Positions 1 to 9,665 of a stretch of 64,000 nucleotides of DNA are shown piece after piece. Source of the stretch: Candidatus Latescibacterota bacterium (GTDB lineage Bacteria; Latescibacterota; UBA2968); the NCBI GenBank assembly GCA_965205975.1, contig OZ242195.1, forward strand, positions 2,272,001 to 2,336,000, read 5' to 3'. How positions within the stretch are numbered: the first letter of the stretch is position 1; every line of letters starts with the position of its first letter. A model generated the notes under the pieces. The model was given only the letters and a program-made list of their open reading frames with translations, was not told where the DNA came from and made no database searches. Made by a program: the position numbers and the translations under genes.

Positions 1-916
1 ACGCTATCCCGAACTGGTCTCAATGCGACCGTTTTATCTGCCGATTTATCGCAAGAGTCCGCGTCCCGTCTGGAGGTTGTGGACGGGCATCAAGCTCTAC
101 GACGCACTGGCGGGGCGACACAATATCTATCGGTCTCGCAAAATATCTCGAAAGCGATTTACGCGTGAATTCCCCGCATTAAAGCGAGAAGGAATTCGGG
201 CGGTACTGCGCTATTACGACGGCAAGACAAATGATCTCGCACTCACAAAGCGCGTGGCAGAAGACGCGCAAGAACTGGGATGCGTATTTCGCGAAGGGAT
301 AGACATTCAATACGTGGCATGGGACGAAACCGAATTTGTAGTGTCGGTTGGGGAAACAAAATACCGCAGTCACACCCTGATCAATGCTACAGGACCGTGG
401 ATTGATGAAGTCATAGCGCGCTATCAGTTCCCCTCGCGATTTCAGATTCGCAAAGTGAGCGGCATCCACATTTTTGCAGATGGACTGCTTACACCCCACC
501 CCTTGTTTTTGCAAACCCAGGGCAAGCGCATCTTTTTTCTTATACCCGAACCAGAACGCGATCAGACAATAATTGGCACAACCGAGCGCGAAGAGCACGG
601 ACGGATTGATGACGTAGTGGTTCAAGAGGAAGATATCGAGTATTTGATTCGGGCAGTAAATGCGTACCTGACCCCAAACCGCCAACTTCGACGTACAGAT
701 ATAACAGATGCCATTGTGGGCGTTCGTCCTCTCGTAGAAAAAAAAGGCGACGCAACCGCGCTCTCGCGGGAATACGAACTGGACTTGCACACGCGCGGGC
801 AAACTCAATTACTCAATATATTCGGCGGAAAACTGACGACGTACTTATCGCTATCGCGTCGCGTCGCCAAAACACTCGGCATCAAAGAAATTGTGTCGAT
901 AGCACTGCGGGCTTAA
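1..916 (+). CDS. glpD: FAD-dependent glycerol-3-phosphate dehydrogenase/oxidase, 5'-partial
   Basis: The frame is open from the window start (RYPELVSM...). Motifs GIKLYDALAG, YYDG, INATGPW, IIGTTE, GVRPL, LSREY and IFGGKLTTY are typical of GlpD. Confidence 0.85.
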   Translation, partial: RYPELVSMRPFYLPIYRKSPRPVWRLWTGIKLYDALAGRHNIYRSRKISRKRFTREFPALKREGIRAVLRYYDGKTNDLALTKRVAEDAQELGCVFREGIDIQYVAWDETEFVVSVGETKYRSHTLINATGPWIDEVIARYQFPSRFQIRKVSGIHIFADGLLTPHPLFLQTQGKRIFFLIPEPERDQTIIGTTEREEHGRIDDVVVQEEDIEYLIRAVNAYLTPNRQLRRTDITDAIVGVRPLVEKKGDATALSREYELDLHTRGQTQLLNIFGGKLTTYLSLSRRVAKTLGIKEIVSIALRA

Positions 917-928
917 CCGGAGGAATAG

Positions 929-2341
929 ATGCTAAAAAAATTGGACAATTTCAAAACAGCCGTTCTGCCCGAACGCAAATTTGGATTTTGGCAAATGGTG
1001 GGACCGGGTGCCATCCTGGTCGGGCTATCCATCGGCGCGGGCGAGATCATTGTGTGGCCTCTTGTAGTCGCCGAATACGGAGCGAGCATGATCTGGGCTG
1101 CGGTACTCGGTGTATTTTTGCAAATGTGGATCAACTTTGAGGTCGGGCGATGGACAATTGCCACGGGTGAAACAGTATATACGGGATTTGCGCGCGTGTG
1201 GCGTGGTTTTGCACCGCTATTTATACTGATCACATTATTCTCCTGGATCGCCCCGGGATGGGGACGCGCTTCGGGATTGGCTCTCAAAGCACTGCTGGTC
1301 GGTCCCCATGGTTGGGGATCGGACACGTTTTGGACCGTGATTACATTTATCGGCGTCGCACTGATATTGTTTGGCCCCAAGCTCATTTACAATTCAATGG
1401 AAAAAGCCGTTGAACTGATGGTGGCGATTGTCACCATAGGATTAATTATGGTAGCTTTTGCCGTGGGCACGGCAGAAACGTGGATCGACCTGGGAAAAGG
1501 AATCGCGAACATCGGTTACAAAGATCCAAATATGTCCGTAAAGGCACTATTTATCGCCATCGTATTTGCCGGCGCTGGAGGAACGGCAAATTTGTTTTAC
1601 ACCTTCTATTTGCGCGACAAACACATCGGCATGGGCGCGCATGTGCCAGTCATGCAAAATCCATTGCGAAGCCGCGCAGAAGCCGTTCCATCTACCGGAT
1701 TTGTATTTGAAGAAACAGAAGAAAACGCAACGCGGTTCAAGGCGTGGTGGGATTATATAAAAAAAGATCAGATGTTGTTTTTCTGGGGATTAAACTCCGT
1801 TACAATGATGTTATTCATCTTTGGATCCCTCGCAGTCCTGCATCCCCAGGGCATTGTTCCCGCGCGCGGCACGCTGATTTGGGACGAAGCCGCTATTCTG
1901 GGCGAAATTTGGGGCGACATAGGCCGCGTTATCTTTCTCCTGGTGGGGCTGGCAACGCTGTTTGGCACACAACTCGCCCTCGTAGATGGGGTCTCGCGAT
2001 CAATCGCAGACATTGTATATACCAATTTTAAAGGCGCGCAAAAACGAGAACTGAGCTGGTGGTATCTTCTGGTCGCGGGAATATGGATTGTGGCCGGTTG
2101 TGTGATCACTTTTGTGATGGAACAATACGGTGTAAGTGAATTGGGCTTTCTGTTCAATGCGGCCTATATGGGCGGATTTGCCATGGCGATTTACGTACCG
2201 CTGATGCTGTACATAAATTATCGCTACTTGCCAAAAACCGCCCGACCGGGCAAAGGATGCACCGCGATGATGGCGATTGCATCACTGGTCTATGTGGTAT
2301 TTGCCATAGCCTGTATTTTGTGGGAAGTGGGTATTGTATAG
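929..2341 (+). CDS. Nramp-family (MntH-like) divalent metal/solute transporter
   Basis: Multi-TM protein with N-terminal GPGAILVGLSIGAGE..WP and E.GRWTIATGE motifs. SD GGAGG upstream. Confidence 0.75.
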   Translation: MLKKLDNFKTAVLPERKFGFWQMVGPGAILVGLSIGAGEIIVWPLVVAEYGASMIWAAVLGVFLQMWINFEVGRWTIATGETVYTGFARVWRGFAPLFILITLFSWIAPGWGRASGLALKALLVGPHGWGSDTFWTVITFIGVALILFGPKLIYNSMEKAVELMVAIVTIGLIMVAFAVGTAETWIDLGKGIANIGYKDPNMSVKALFIAIVFAGAGGTANLFYTFYLRDKHIGMGAHVPVMQNPLRSRAEAVPSTGFVFEETEENATRFKAWWDYIKKDQMLFFWGLNSVTMMLFIFGSLAVLHPQGIVPARGTLIWDEAAILGEIWGDIGRVIFLLVGLATLFGTQLALVDGVSRSIADIVYTNFKGAQKRELSWWYLLVAGIWIVAGCVITFVMEQYGVSELGFLFNAAYMGGFAMAIYVPLMLYINYRYLPKTARPGKGCTAMMAIASLVYVVFAIACILWEVGIV

Positions 2342-2350
2342 GAGATCTTT

Positions 2351-3502
2351 ATGCCCAGAGAAATAGAAGCATCGTGGGAAAATGGGATTCGCAGCGTGCG
2401 CCGCGATGAAATGGGGCGTTTGTGTCAGCTACTCGACAACGTATTTTTTGAGGGGCTGTCAGATATGCAACCACACGCCTTCAATGACGATAATATGCAC
2501 AATTTGCGCGTGGTCGTGGAAAACGGCGAAGTCGTATCGCACATCGGCACAATTCGGCGGAACATATCCATTATGGGATGCACACTCCGCGTAGCGTCTC
2601 TGGGAGGGGTGGCGACTTGCGAAGCCCATCGGGGCAAGGGCTATGCCACGGCACTCCTGCGAGATACCATGCACCACTGCCGCAAAGATGACGTAGATTA
2701 TATCATGGTATCGGGCTATCGCAACATGTACCACCGATATGGGTGTCGATATGTGGGGCGAGACTGGATGTTTCAAATCGCGCGTGAGAGAACAAACGAT
2801 TTTGACGATACAACCTGGACGATAACACAGGCATCAAAGGCAGATGTCGAAACTATTGGAACCATCTACCGACGCGAACCCGTGCGCTGGCTGCGCCCGC
2901 CTTCGGACATCGCCTTTGGCATAGATGGATGGGTGCAGAACCGTCCGGCAAAAACCTATCTGATTTATCGTGGAGACCAACCCGTCGCTTTTGGGGTCAT
3001 GCAGCAGGCACGCGAGCGAGATGATGGGCAAGTGCACTTGCTCGATTATGCCGGTGAGCGGTCTGCAATCGTCGGCGCATTGGGCAAGTTTATCGAAAAG
3101 CAGCATTTGAATCGACTATCAGTGCACGTCAAAGAATTCGACACCGTATTGCGCGGCTTGCTCGAAGCGCGCGATTTGCCAGGCGAACCAGCCAATCTAC
3201 CCGGCACGACGATGATCATTCATTTCGAACAATTACTCAAAAAAATGCGTCCTTATTTTGTCGAACGAGTCGGAGAACACGCCGCCTATGGGCTGGTATT
3301 TCGGGAATCAGGTGATGAATATCACATCTACTACGGCGGTGACCGCGTGGTGGCCGAAAGCCGCGGTGCAGCGGCACAACTGATTTTTGGAACCCAAGAA
3401 GAAACTGAGAACGCGATGTTGGATGCCGGCGGACATGCAGGTGAGATTTTGCGCGCCTGCCTACCGATTCCGGGAGTTTGGTACGGGGTGAATCATCTTT
3501 GA
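2351..3502 (+). CDS. GNAT family N-acetyltransferase (Eis-like)
   Basis: Acetyl-CoA motif A LGGVAT...HRGKGYATALL, followed by Y.RYG. 383 aa. SD AGGAG. Confidence 0.8.
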   Translation: MPREIEASWENGIRSVRRDEMGRLCQLLDNVFFEGLSDMQPHAFNDDNMHNLRVVVENGEVVSHIGTIRRNISIMGCTLRVASLGGVATCEAHRGKGYATALLRDTMHHCRKDDVDYIMVSGYRNMYHRYGCRYVGRDWMFQIARERTNDFDDTTWTITQASKADVETIGTIYRREPVRWLRPPSDIAFGIDGWVQNRPAKTYLIYRGDQPVAFGVMQQARERDDGQVHLLDYAGERSAIVGALGKFIEKQHLNRLSVHVKEFDTVLRGLLEARDLPGEPANLPGTTMIIHFEQLLKKMRPYFVERVGEHAAYGLVFRESGDEYHIYYGGDRVVAESRGAAAQLIFGTQEETENAMLDAGGHAGEILRACLPIPGVWYGVNHL

Positions 3503-3544
3503 GCGAGCCAGATAGCTAATCCGCATCTCAAACTCTATTTTATC

Positions 3545-3573
3545 TTGCTATCTTATATTGTGTGCCTTATAAT
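3545..3573 (+). promoter_or_regulatory. sigma70-type promoter
   Basis: TTGCTA-17 nt-TATAAT upstream of the 3617 ORF. Confidence 0.55.
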
Positions 3574-3616
3574 TACGGTGCAAATCTAATTTTCATAAAT
3601 TTGTAAGGATATTTTC

Positions 3617-4018
3617 ATGGCAACTCCAGATGGTGATTCCACAGACATACTCTATGAGCAAGTCCTCGATAATGCACGTCGGGAAATTGAAGATGCACTG
3701 GCTATGATGGACGAATTACGCCAATCGATTCGTCAGATAGAAGCCCGGGTCGAAGCTGCCCAATCGATTTATAACGCCGTTACCGCGAGATTGAATTTGG
3801 AAGATGAACTCGCCGAGGAAATACAACTGGACATACCTCCTGTTGCGCCACCTGAAGTAGCGCCAGAACCGTCGCCACCATCCGAGCCATCTGAACCGGA
3901 AGAACCCCTGGAGGTCGATGAGGTAGAATCCCCATCCGAACAAGAGGATACGCCAGTGCTCTCTGAAGCTGAGCGCGCGCTTATCAGTGAGCATCTGCGC
4001 TCAAAGCGCAAAGGATAA
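3617..4018 (+). CDS. hypothetical protein: coiled coil plus Pro/Glu-rich linker
   Basis: 133-aa ORF with SD TAAGGA and its own promoter. Heptad-like N-terminal half and an acidic Pro-rich tail. Confidence 0.75.
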   Translation: MATPDGDSTDILYEQVLDNARREIEDALAMMDELRQSIRQIEARVEAAQSIYNAVTARLNLEDELAEEIQLDIPPVAPPEVAPEPSPPSEPSEPEEPLEVDEVESPSEQEDTPVLSEAERALISEHLRSKRKG

Positions 4019-4043
4019 GTACCCATATACCTATCATTTTCAT

Positions 4044-4080
4044 AGAACAGGGCTTCTCATCTTGCAGAAATCCCTGTTCT
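4044..4080 (+). terminator. inverted repeat / probable terminator
   Basis: AGAACAGGG...CCCTGTTCT followed by a T-rich tract. Confidence 0.45.
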
Positions 4081-4137
4081 TTATATTTTAGGGGATGGCT
4101 TTTAGAAAATGCAAACACGCCAATCGAAGGAATTTTT

Positions 4138-5580
4138 ATGAGCATGTGTGACACGGAGAAATCCGTTGACGAGATGGACGCCCGGGAACGGGCACGCTAT
4201 ATTGACGCTCTGACGCCCAGAGGTGGTTTATATACCGAAGTACAACGCGAGGTACATCCGCAGTCGAATAGTTCGTGGCGCGTATCGCCCGATCCGTGGT
4301 GGCTACCGCCCCCGGTTCTATCACACCTCGAGGCATTGGGGCAGCATCTCTATCAGTTTTACAAAGCACTGAATCTATTGTATTCGCAAAGTATAAGGGG
4401 TATTCAGCCCACATGGATCGCACGGTATCTGGATCAAGGCAAATCGGAAGAAGTGATCAAATTTGGACAAATGAGCCGATTCAAAAGCCATGTGCCCCTC
4501 GTGATTCGGCCCGATGTGATACCCACGCGAGCGGGAATGATTGCAACGGAATTGGATTCCGTACCCGGTGGGATTGGATTTACTGCAAGCCTGGCAGAGC
4601 GATATGCCAAACTCGGCGATCAAATTGTGGGCGGCGCGAACGGGATGGTCACTGGATTTGCACAGATGGTTCGTGACGTTGCCAACACAGACGCGCCTGT
4701 GTTGGGCATAGTGGTCTCGGAAGAAGCATCGGCTTATCGACCCGAAATGGCGTACCTGGGCGAACGATTGAATGCCGCCGGTCTGGAAACATATGTCATT
4801 GGCCCCGAAGCAATATCTTTTATCGAAGATGGGCTATTTGTCGATGGAGAGCATGGTCGCCGACGCATAAACGTGATATACAGATTTTTTGAGTTATTCG
4901 ATTTGCGGAACCTGCCCCAAATAGATTTGATTTTATACGCAGTGCGTAAAGGCCTCGTCAAAATCACGCCCCCCTTAAAAGCATATCACGAAGAAAAGAT
5001 GATGATGGCACTATTCCACCATCCCTTGCTATCGAATTTCTGGCATCAACATTTGGGCAAAAAATCCGTGGCCTTTTTGCAACAAACCTTTCCCAAAACG
5101 TGGATCTTAGATCCCGCGCCATTGCCACCTCAGGGCATTATTGCGGGGTTGGAAATTGATGGGCAATCCTTTTCCGATTGGCGTGCGCTGGGGCACCTGG
5201 GGCAAAAACACCGGCAACTGGTCATCAAACCCTCGGGATATTCGGAAATGGCCTGGGGCAGTCGCGGTGTAACCATTGGGCACGACATGGCCGAGCGCGA
5301 TTGGCAAGGCGTGATCGACGAGGTGCTATGCGCTTTTGAACAAACGCCCCATATCATGCAGGAATTTCACAATGGCGCGACTTTTTCTGCTTCGTATTAC
5401 GATTACGAAACCGATCAAATCGAAACATTCAGAGGACGGGTGCGATTGCAACCCTATTATTTTGTCATAAAAAACAAAGCAGTACTTTCGGGCTTACAGG
5501 CGACAGTCTGTCCCGCAGACAAAAAAATATTGCACGGAATGGTAGATGCAGTGGTGATACCTGGCGCGGTTAAGAAGTGA
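4138..5580 (+). CDS. circularly permuted ATP-grasp (glutathionylspermidine synthase-like) ligase of unknown substrate
   Basis: IRPD...TELDSVPGG and LVIKPSG...WGSRGVTIG motifs, plus IMQEF, resemble CP-ATP-grasp ligases. Confidence 0.6.
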   Translation: MSMCDTEKSVDEMDARERARYIDALTPRGGLYTEVQREVHPQSNSSWRVSPDPWWLPPPVLSHLEALGQHLYQFYKALNLLYSQSIRGIQPTWIARYLDQGKSEEVIKFGQMSRFKSHVPLVIRPDVIPTRAGMIATELDSVPGGIGFTASLAERYAKLGDQIVGGANGMVTGFAQMVRDVANTDAPVLGIVVSEEASAYRPEMAYLGERLNAAGLETYVIGPEAISFIEDGLFVDGEHGRRRINVIYRFFELFDLRNLPQIDLILYAVRKGLVKITPPLKAYHEEKMMMALFHHPLLSNFWHQHLGKKSVAFLQQTFPKTWILDPAPLPPQGIIAGLEIDGQSFSDWRALGHLGQKHRQLVIKPSGYSEMAWGSRGVTIGHDMAERDWQGVIDEVLCAFEQTPHIMQEFHNGATFSASYYDYETDQIETFRGRVRLQPYYFVIKNKAVLSGLQATVCPADKKILHGMVDAVVIPGAVKK

Positions 5581-5586
5581 GCGAGG

Positions 5587-6426
5587 ATGAAAAACATGAC
5601 ACTTGATGAAAAACTCACACGGCTGAATGATTTGTTCAAAGACATGGGCAGTGTAGTCGTGGCATTTTCGGGCGGAGTTGACAGCGCGTTTTTGGCAGCG
5701 GCAGCGCATCGGGTTCTGGGCGACCGCGCACTGGCAGTAACCGCGGTCTCCGCGAGCTATGCCTCTGGCGAACTCGAAAAAGCGCAATCACTGGCCGAGC
5801 AAATTGGCATTCGACTCGACATTGTCTATACCCGGGAGATGGAAAACCCCGACTACGTAAAAAACGATCCCGATCGGTGTTTTCACTGCAAAAGCGCGCT
5901 GGCCGATAAGCTGGACGAAGTAATCAAACACTATGCAGGAAAGTTCGAGTATCTGCTCTACGGCGCAATAGCCGACGATGTAGGCGACTATCGCCCGGGT
6001 ATGGCTGCCGCTGAATCCCGGGGTATTCGCGCGCCGATGGTCGAATTGGGATTCACCAAAGACGATGTCAGAACATTGTCAAAGCAATGGCAGCTCCCCA
6101 CCTGGGACATGCCCGCATCGGCGTGTTTGTCTTCTCGAATACCCTATGGCACAGCCGTCACAGAGGAAGCATTGCGTAAAATTGATCGCGCCGAACAATT
6201 TTTGAAATCCCGTGGATTTGTGCAAGTGCGCGTTCGGCATCACGAAGACATTGCCCGAATTGAAGTTCCGCCTGAGGATCTGGCGCTGTTTTTTCAAGAT
6301 GGTACAAACGAGGTAGTGGCCCAGGCACTCAAAAATATCGGGTATCGCTATGTCACTTTGGATATTCAGGGATATCGCACGGGCAGCTTAAATGAAGCGT
6401 TATTAAGGATAGATATGAAGGACTAA
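5587..6426 (+). CDS. larE: ATP-dependent sulfur transferase LarE (PP-loop, TIGR00268-like)
   Basis: VAFSGGVDS PP-loop, RCFHCK, DYRPGM, ACLSSRIPYG, RVRHH and GYRTGSLN. Confidence 0.9.
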   Translation: MKNMTLDEKLTRLNDLFKDMGSVVVAFSGGVDSAFLAAAAHRVLGDRALAVTAVSASYASGELEKAQSLAEQIGIRLDIVYTREMENPDYVKNDPDRCFHCKSALADKLDEVIKHYAGKFEYLLYGAIADDVGDYRPGMAAAESRGIRAPMVELGFTKDDVRTLSKQWQLPTWDMPASACLSSRIPYGTAVTEEALRKIDRAEQFLKSRGFVQVRVRHHEDIARIEVPPEDLALFFQDGTNEVVAQALKNIGYRYVTLDIQGYRTGSLNEALLRIDMKD

Positions 6427-6436
6427 ACTGATAAAC

Positions 6437-6973
6437 ATGGCCTTACTCGAAATAAAAAAATTCGGTTGCCCAACATTGCGAAAAAAAGCAACTCCCGTTC
6501 AAGATATAACCGATGAAGTGCGGCAGCTTGTTGAGGACATGTTCGCAACAATGTATGAGGCGGAAGGCGTTGGCCTTGCGGCGCAACAGGTGGGCTATAC
6601 AGGACGACTTCTGGTACTGGATGTGCGCCCGCGCGATCCCATGTCGGAACCTCTGGTATTTATCAACCCGGAAATTTTATGGACAGAGGGTGAATGTGCT
6701 GGCGAAGAAGGTTGTTTGAGTTTGCCGGAAATTGTCGGAGATGTCAAACGCCCGGCACAGGTGCGTGTACGCGCGCTCAATGAGAATGGAGGTGCATTTG
6801 AGACGACACTGGATGGCATTGCCGCCAAAGCACTTCAGCACGAAATTGACCACCTGGATGGCGTGCTAATCCTCGAACATTTCAACGCGATCAAGCGCAA
6901 TTTGTTGCGAGGTCAATTGCGCAAACTACAGCGCGAAGGCAAAAAACAGACACCGGGATTGACGTACGTATAA
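6437..6973 (+). CDS. def: peptide deformylase
   Basis: GVGLAAQQVG, EGCLS and QHEIDHLDG motifs. Confidence 0.95.
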   Translation: MALLEIKKFGCPTLRKKATPVQDITDEVRQLVEDMFATMYEAEGVGLAAQQVGYTGRLLVLDVRPRDPMSEPLVFINPEILWTEGECAGEEGCLSLPEIVGDVKRPAQVRVRALNENGGAFETTLDGIAAKALQHEIDHLDGVLILEHFNAIKRNLLRGQLRKLQREGKKQTPGLTYV

Positions 6974-6993
6974 CACTGACCACTGACTTTTCT

Positions 6994-7815
6994 ATGACAT
7001 CTTATATTGATTTGCACCTGCATTCGACGCAATCGGATGGCTCTTTCTCCCCCACACAGGTTGTTCAGCGAGCAGCCAAATTGGGACTATCGGCCATCAG
7101 TCTGACGGATCACGATTCGGTTGCCGGCGTGCAAGAGGCTCAGAATATCGGTCAGGATATCGGTGTAGAAGTAATTCCCGGCATCGAATTGAGCGCACAG
7201 GAAGCCGGTATAGACATCCATATTTTGGGCTATTTTATCGATCCTGAAAATTCGAATTTGCTGGTGTATTTGCAAAAATTTCAAGATGCGCGGCGCAATC
7301 GCGCTGAAAAAATAGTGGCCCGGCTCAATCGTCTGGGCGTGCGGATCACAATGGCGCAGGTGTTATACAAAGCGGGCGATGCTACTATCGGACGCCCCCA
7401 TGTGGCAGACGTGCTGGTCGAAGAGGGTTTTGTGTTTTCCCATAATCACGCATTCCAAAAATATCTGGGATATGGCAAACCCGCGTACCAACCCAAATTT
7501 GTATTGACGCCGCGCGAAGCGGTAGAAGTCATCCACGCGGCTGGTGGGCTGGCCAGTCTGGCACATCCCATTTTATATCGCCGCGACGCTCTGATTCCCG
7601 ACTTGATCAAACAGAGATTAGACGGTATAGAAGTGATGCATGTCAAACACGACCGCTCGGATATGCGTCACTATTCAGATATGGCAAAACACTATGGCTT
7701 GCTCACAACGGGCGGATCAGATTGCCACGGTGATGGTCGCGGTCAAGCCGTAATGGGAACCGTTCGGGTTCCTTCGACATTTTTGGATGTAATGAAGGAA
7801 AAATTGACGCAGTAG
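6994..7815 (+). CDS. PHP-domain metal-dependent phosphoesterase (TrpH/YciV-like)
   Basis: DLHLHS..SDG, LTDHD, GIELS, HILGY, GRPH, LAHP and GGSDCHG. Confidence 0.9.
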   Translation: MTSYIDLHLHSTQSDGSFSPTQVVQRAAKLGLSAISLTDHDSVAGVQEAQNIGQDIGVEVIPGIELSAQEAGIDIHILGYFIDPENSNLLVYLQKFQDARRNRAEKIVARLNRLGVRITMAQVLYKAGDATIGRPHVADVLVEEGFVFSHNHAFQKYLGYGKPAYQPKFVLTPREAVEVIHAAGGLASLAHPILYRRDALIPDLIKQRLDGIEVMHVKHDRSDMRHYSDMAKHYGLLTTGGSDCHGDGRGQAVMGTVRVPSTFLDVMKEKLTQ

Positions 7816-7854
7816 AGGCGGCATCTTTTTGCCTGCCTACTCCGTATTTTAGAT

Positions 7855-8829
7855 ATGAATGACATCCCATTCCTGGACAGACACCGGACAGATCAGTATT
7901 TTCTAAATACCCTCGAAGTACTTAAAGCCGAAAACCGCAATCCATCGGTAGTTATGGAGGTATTTCCCAATGCCGATGGACTCTTATGCGGCATCCGCGA
8001 GGTCCTGGAAATTTTGCGTCAGACATTGCCCAAAGATGCAGAAATTTGGTCGCTGGATGAAGGATCACCAATAGCGCGCAAAGAAGTAGTATTGCGCCTT
8101 CACGCAGATTATTGCGCTATCGGAATTTTTGAAACGGCATTGCTGGGCACGCTCGCGCATGGCAGCGGCTGGGCCTCTGCGGCGCGCGCCTGTGTGGAAG
8201 CTGCGGGAGAGATTCCCGTGATCAGTTTTGGCGCGCGGCACGTACATCCCGCCGTATCAGACCGCATGGAATACGCCGCATTGATCGGGGGTTGTGCTGG
8301 CTGTGCAACACCGGCAGGCGCTGCCCTATCCGATCAAAAAGCATCGGGCACCATGCCACACGCTTTGATGTTGATTTACGGCGATACAGTAGCCGCTGCC
8401 CGAGCTTTTGATACCCACATGCCCGATTCCGTACGGCGTGTTGTACTGGTAGATACATTTCGCGACGAAGCCGAAGAAAGCGTGCGCGTTGCGCGTGCAA
8501 TGGCCGGGCGGTTGTGGGGCGTCCGCCTGGATACACCCTCGGAATTGGGTGGGGTAACACCCGATCTGGTCTGGCGCGTACGCAAAGCATTGGATAGCGC
8601 GGGCTTTGACCAGGTGGGGATTTTTGTAAGTGGTGGATTAACGCCCGAGCGGATTTCAGAATTTGTGCGGTTGAAATGTCCAATTGCCGGTTTTGGTGTG
8701 GGCAGCGCGATCAGCGGCGCATCGCCAATTGATTTTACGGCAGATATTAAACAAATTGACGGCAAACCCATCGCCAAACGCGGTCGCAAAGCGGGTCTTC
8801 AGGATAACCCGAGGCTTAAAAAAAATTAA
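7855..8829 (+). CDS. nicotinate phosphoribosyltransferase (short type)
   Basis: SFGARH, GTMPHAL, LVDTF, GVRLDTPS, SGG and FGVGS motifs. Confidence 0.85.
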   Translation: MNDIPFLDRHRTDQYFLNTLEVLKAENRNPSVVMEVFPNADGLLCGIREVLEILRQTLPKDAEIWSLDEGSPIARKEVVLRLHADYCAIGIFETALLGTLAHGSGWASAARACVEAAGEIPVISFGARHVHPAVSDRMEYAALIGGCAGCATPAGAALSDQKASGTMPHALMLIYGDTVAAARAFDTHMPDSVRRVVLVDTFRDEAEESVRVARAMAGRLWGVRLDTPSELGGVTPDLVWRVRKALDSAGFDQVGIFVSGGLTPERISEFVRLKCPIAGFGVGSAISGASPIDFTADIKQIDGKPIAKRGRKAGLQDNPRLKKN

Positions 8830-8854
8830 AAAATCGTCTCTTGTGGAGTAAAAA

Positions 8855-9100
8855 TTGAATATTAAAGTACTTTTTTTTGCATCTTGTCGCGATTTGATTG
8901 GCACTGGTGCGCGGGAAATGACACTGCCAGACAGCGCGACAGTAACGGATTTGATATCAAAGCTCGCATCGGAACAGGCGCGATTTATAGACATGGCACC
9001 GAGTTTGATGGTATCGATCAATCAAGCGTATGTGGAACGGGATGCGAAACTTCAAGATGGCGATGAGGTGGCATTTATCCCACCTGTAAGTGGTGGATAG
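8855..9100 (+). CDS. moaD: molybdopterin synthase sulfur-carrier subunit
   Basis: 81 aa with IKVLFFA...DGDEVAFIPPVSGG and a C-terminal GG. Confidence 0.95.
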   Translation: MNIKVLFFASCRDLIGTGAREMTLPDSATVTDLISKLASEQARFIDMAPSLMVSINQAYVERDAKLQDGDEVAFIPPVSGG

Positions 9101-9132
9101 GGCCTACTTGTTAGTCTTTAGGGGAAATTATT

Positions 9133-9576
9133 ATGGCTGGTGATGTGTATAAAATCCAGGACAAAAAAATAACACCAGATGCGTTATACAATGCGGTACT
9201 GGCGGATTCGGACGGCGCAGTAACCACATTTGCGGGCGTGGTGCGAGACAATACAAAAGGGCGCGGAACCTCCTATCTCGTCTATGATGCGTATAGAGAT
9301 ATGGCTAAAAAGAAAATGCGGGAAATTGGAGATGAAGTAAAAGAAAAGTGGGAGGTGGATTGCGTGGGAATACTACACCGCGTAGGACGGTTGGAAATTG
9401 GGGAAATCAGCGTCCTAATTGCGATTTCTTCTCCACATCGCAAAGCGTCTTTGAAAGCGTGTCACTACGCGATTGATCGGTTAAAACAGACCGTGCCTAT
9501 CTGGAAAAAAGAAGTGTGGACAGACGGAGGTGAAGCCTGGATCGAGGGCGACCCATCTGCTCTGACTTCGCGCTGA
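9133..9576 (+). CDS. moaE: molybdopterin synthase catalytic subunit
   Basis: GAVTTF.GVVR, HRVGRL.IGE, SSPHR and LKQTVPIWKKE. Confidence 0.95.
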   Translation: MAGDVYKIQDKKITPDALYNAVLADSDGAVTTFAGVVRDNTKGRGTSYLVYDAYRDMAKKKMREIGDEVKEKWEVDCVGILHRVGRLEIGEISVLIAISSPHRKASLKACHYAIDRLKQTVPIWKKEVWTDGGEAWIEGDPSALTSR

Positions 9577-9665
9577 AAAAATAGCGGAGAATTTCAAAAA
9601 AACCGCAGGACTTACATATAAGCTATGGGACTTCCCTTGCATCACCACCTTCCCGCTTCGCTGCA

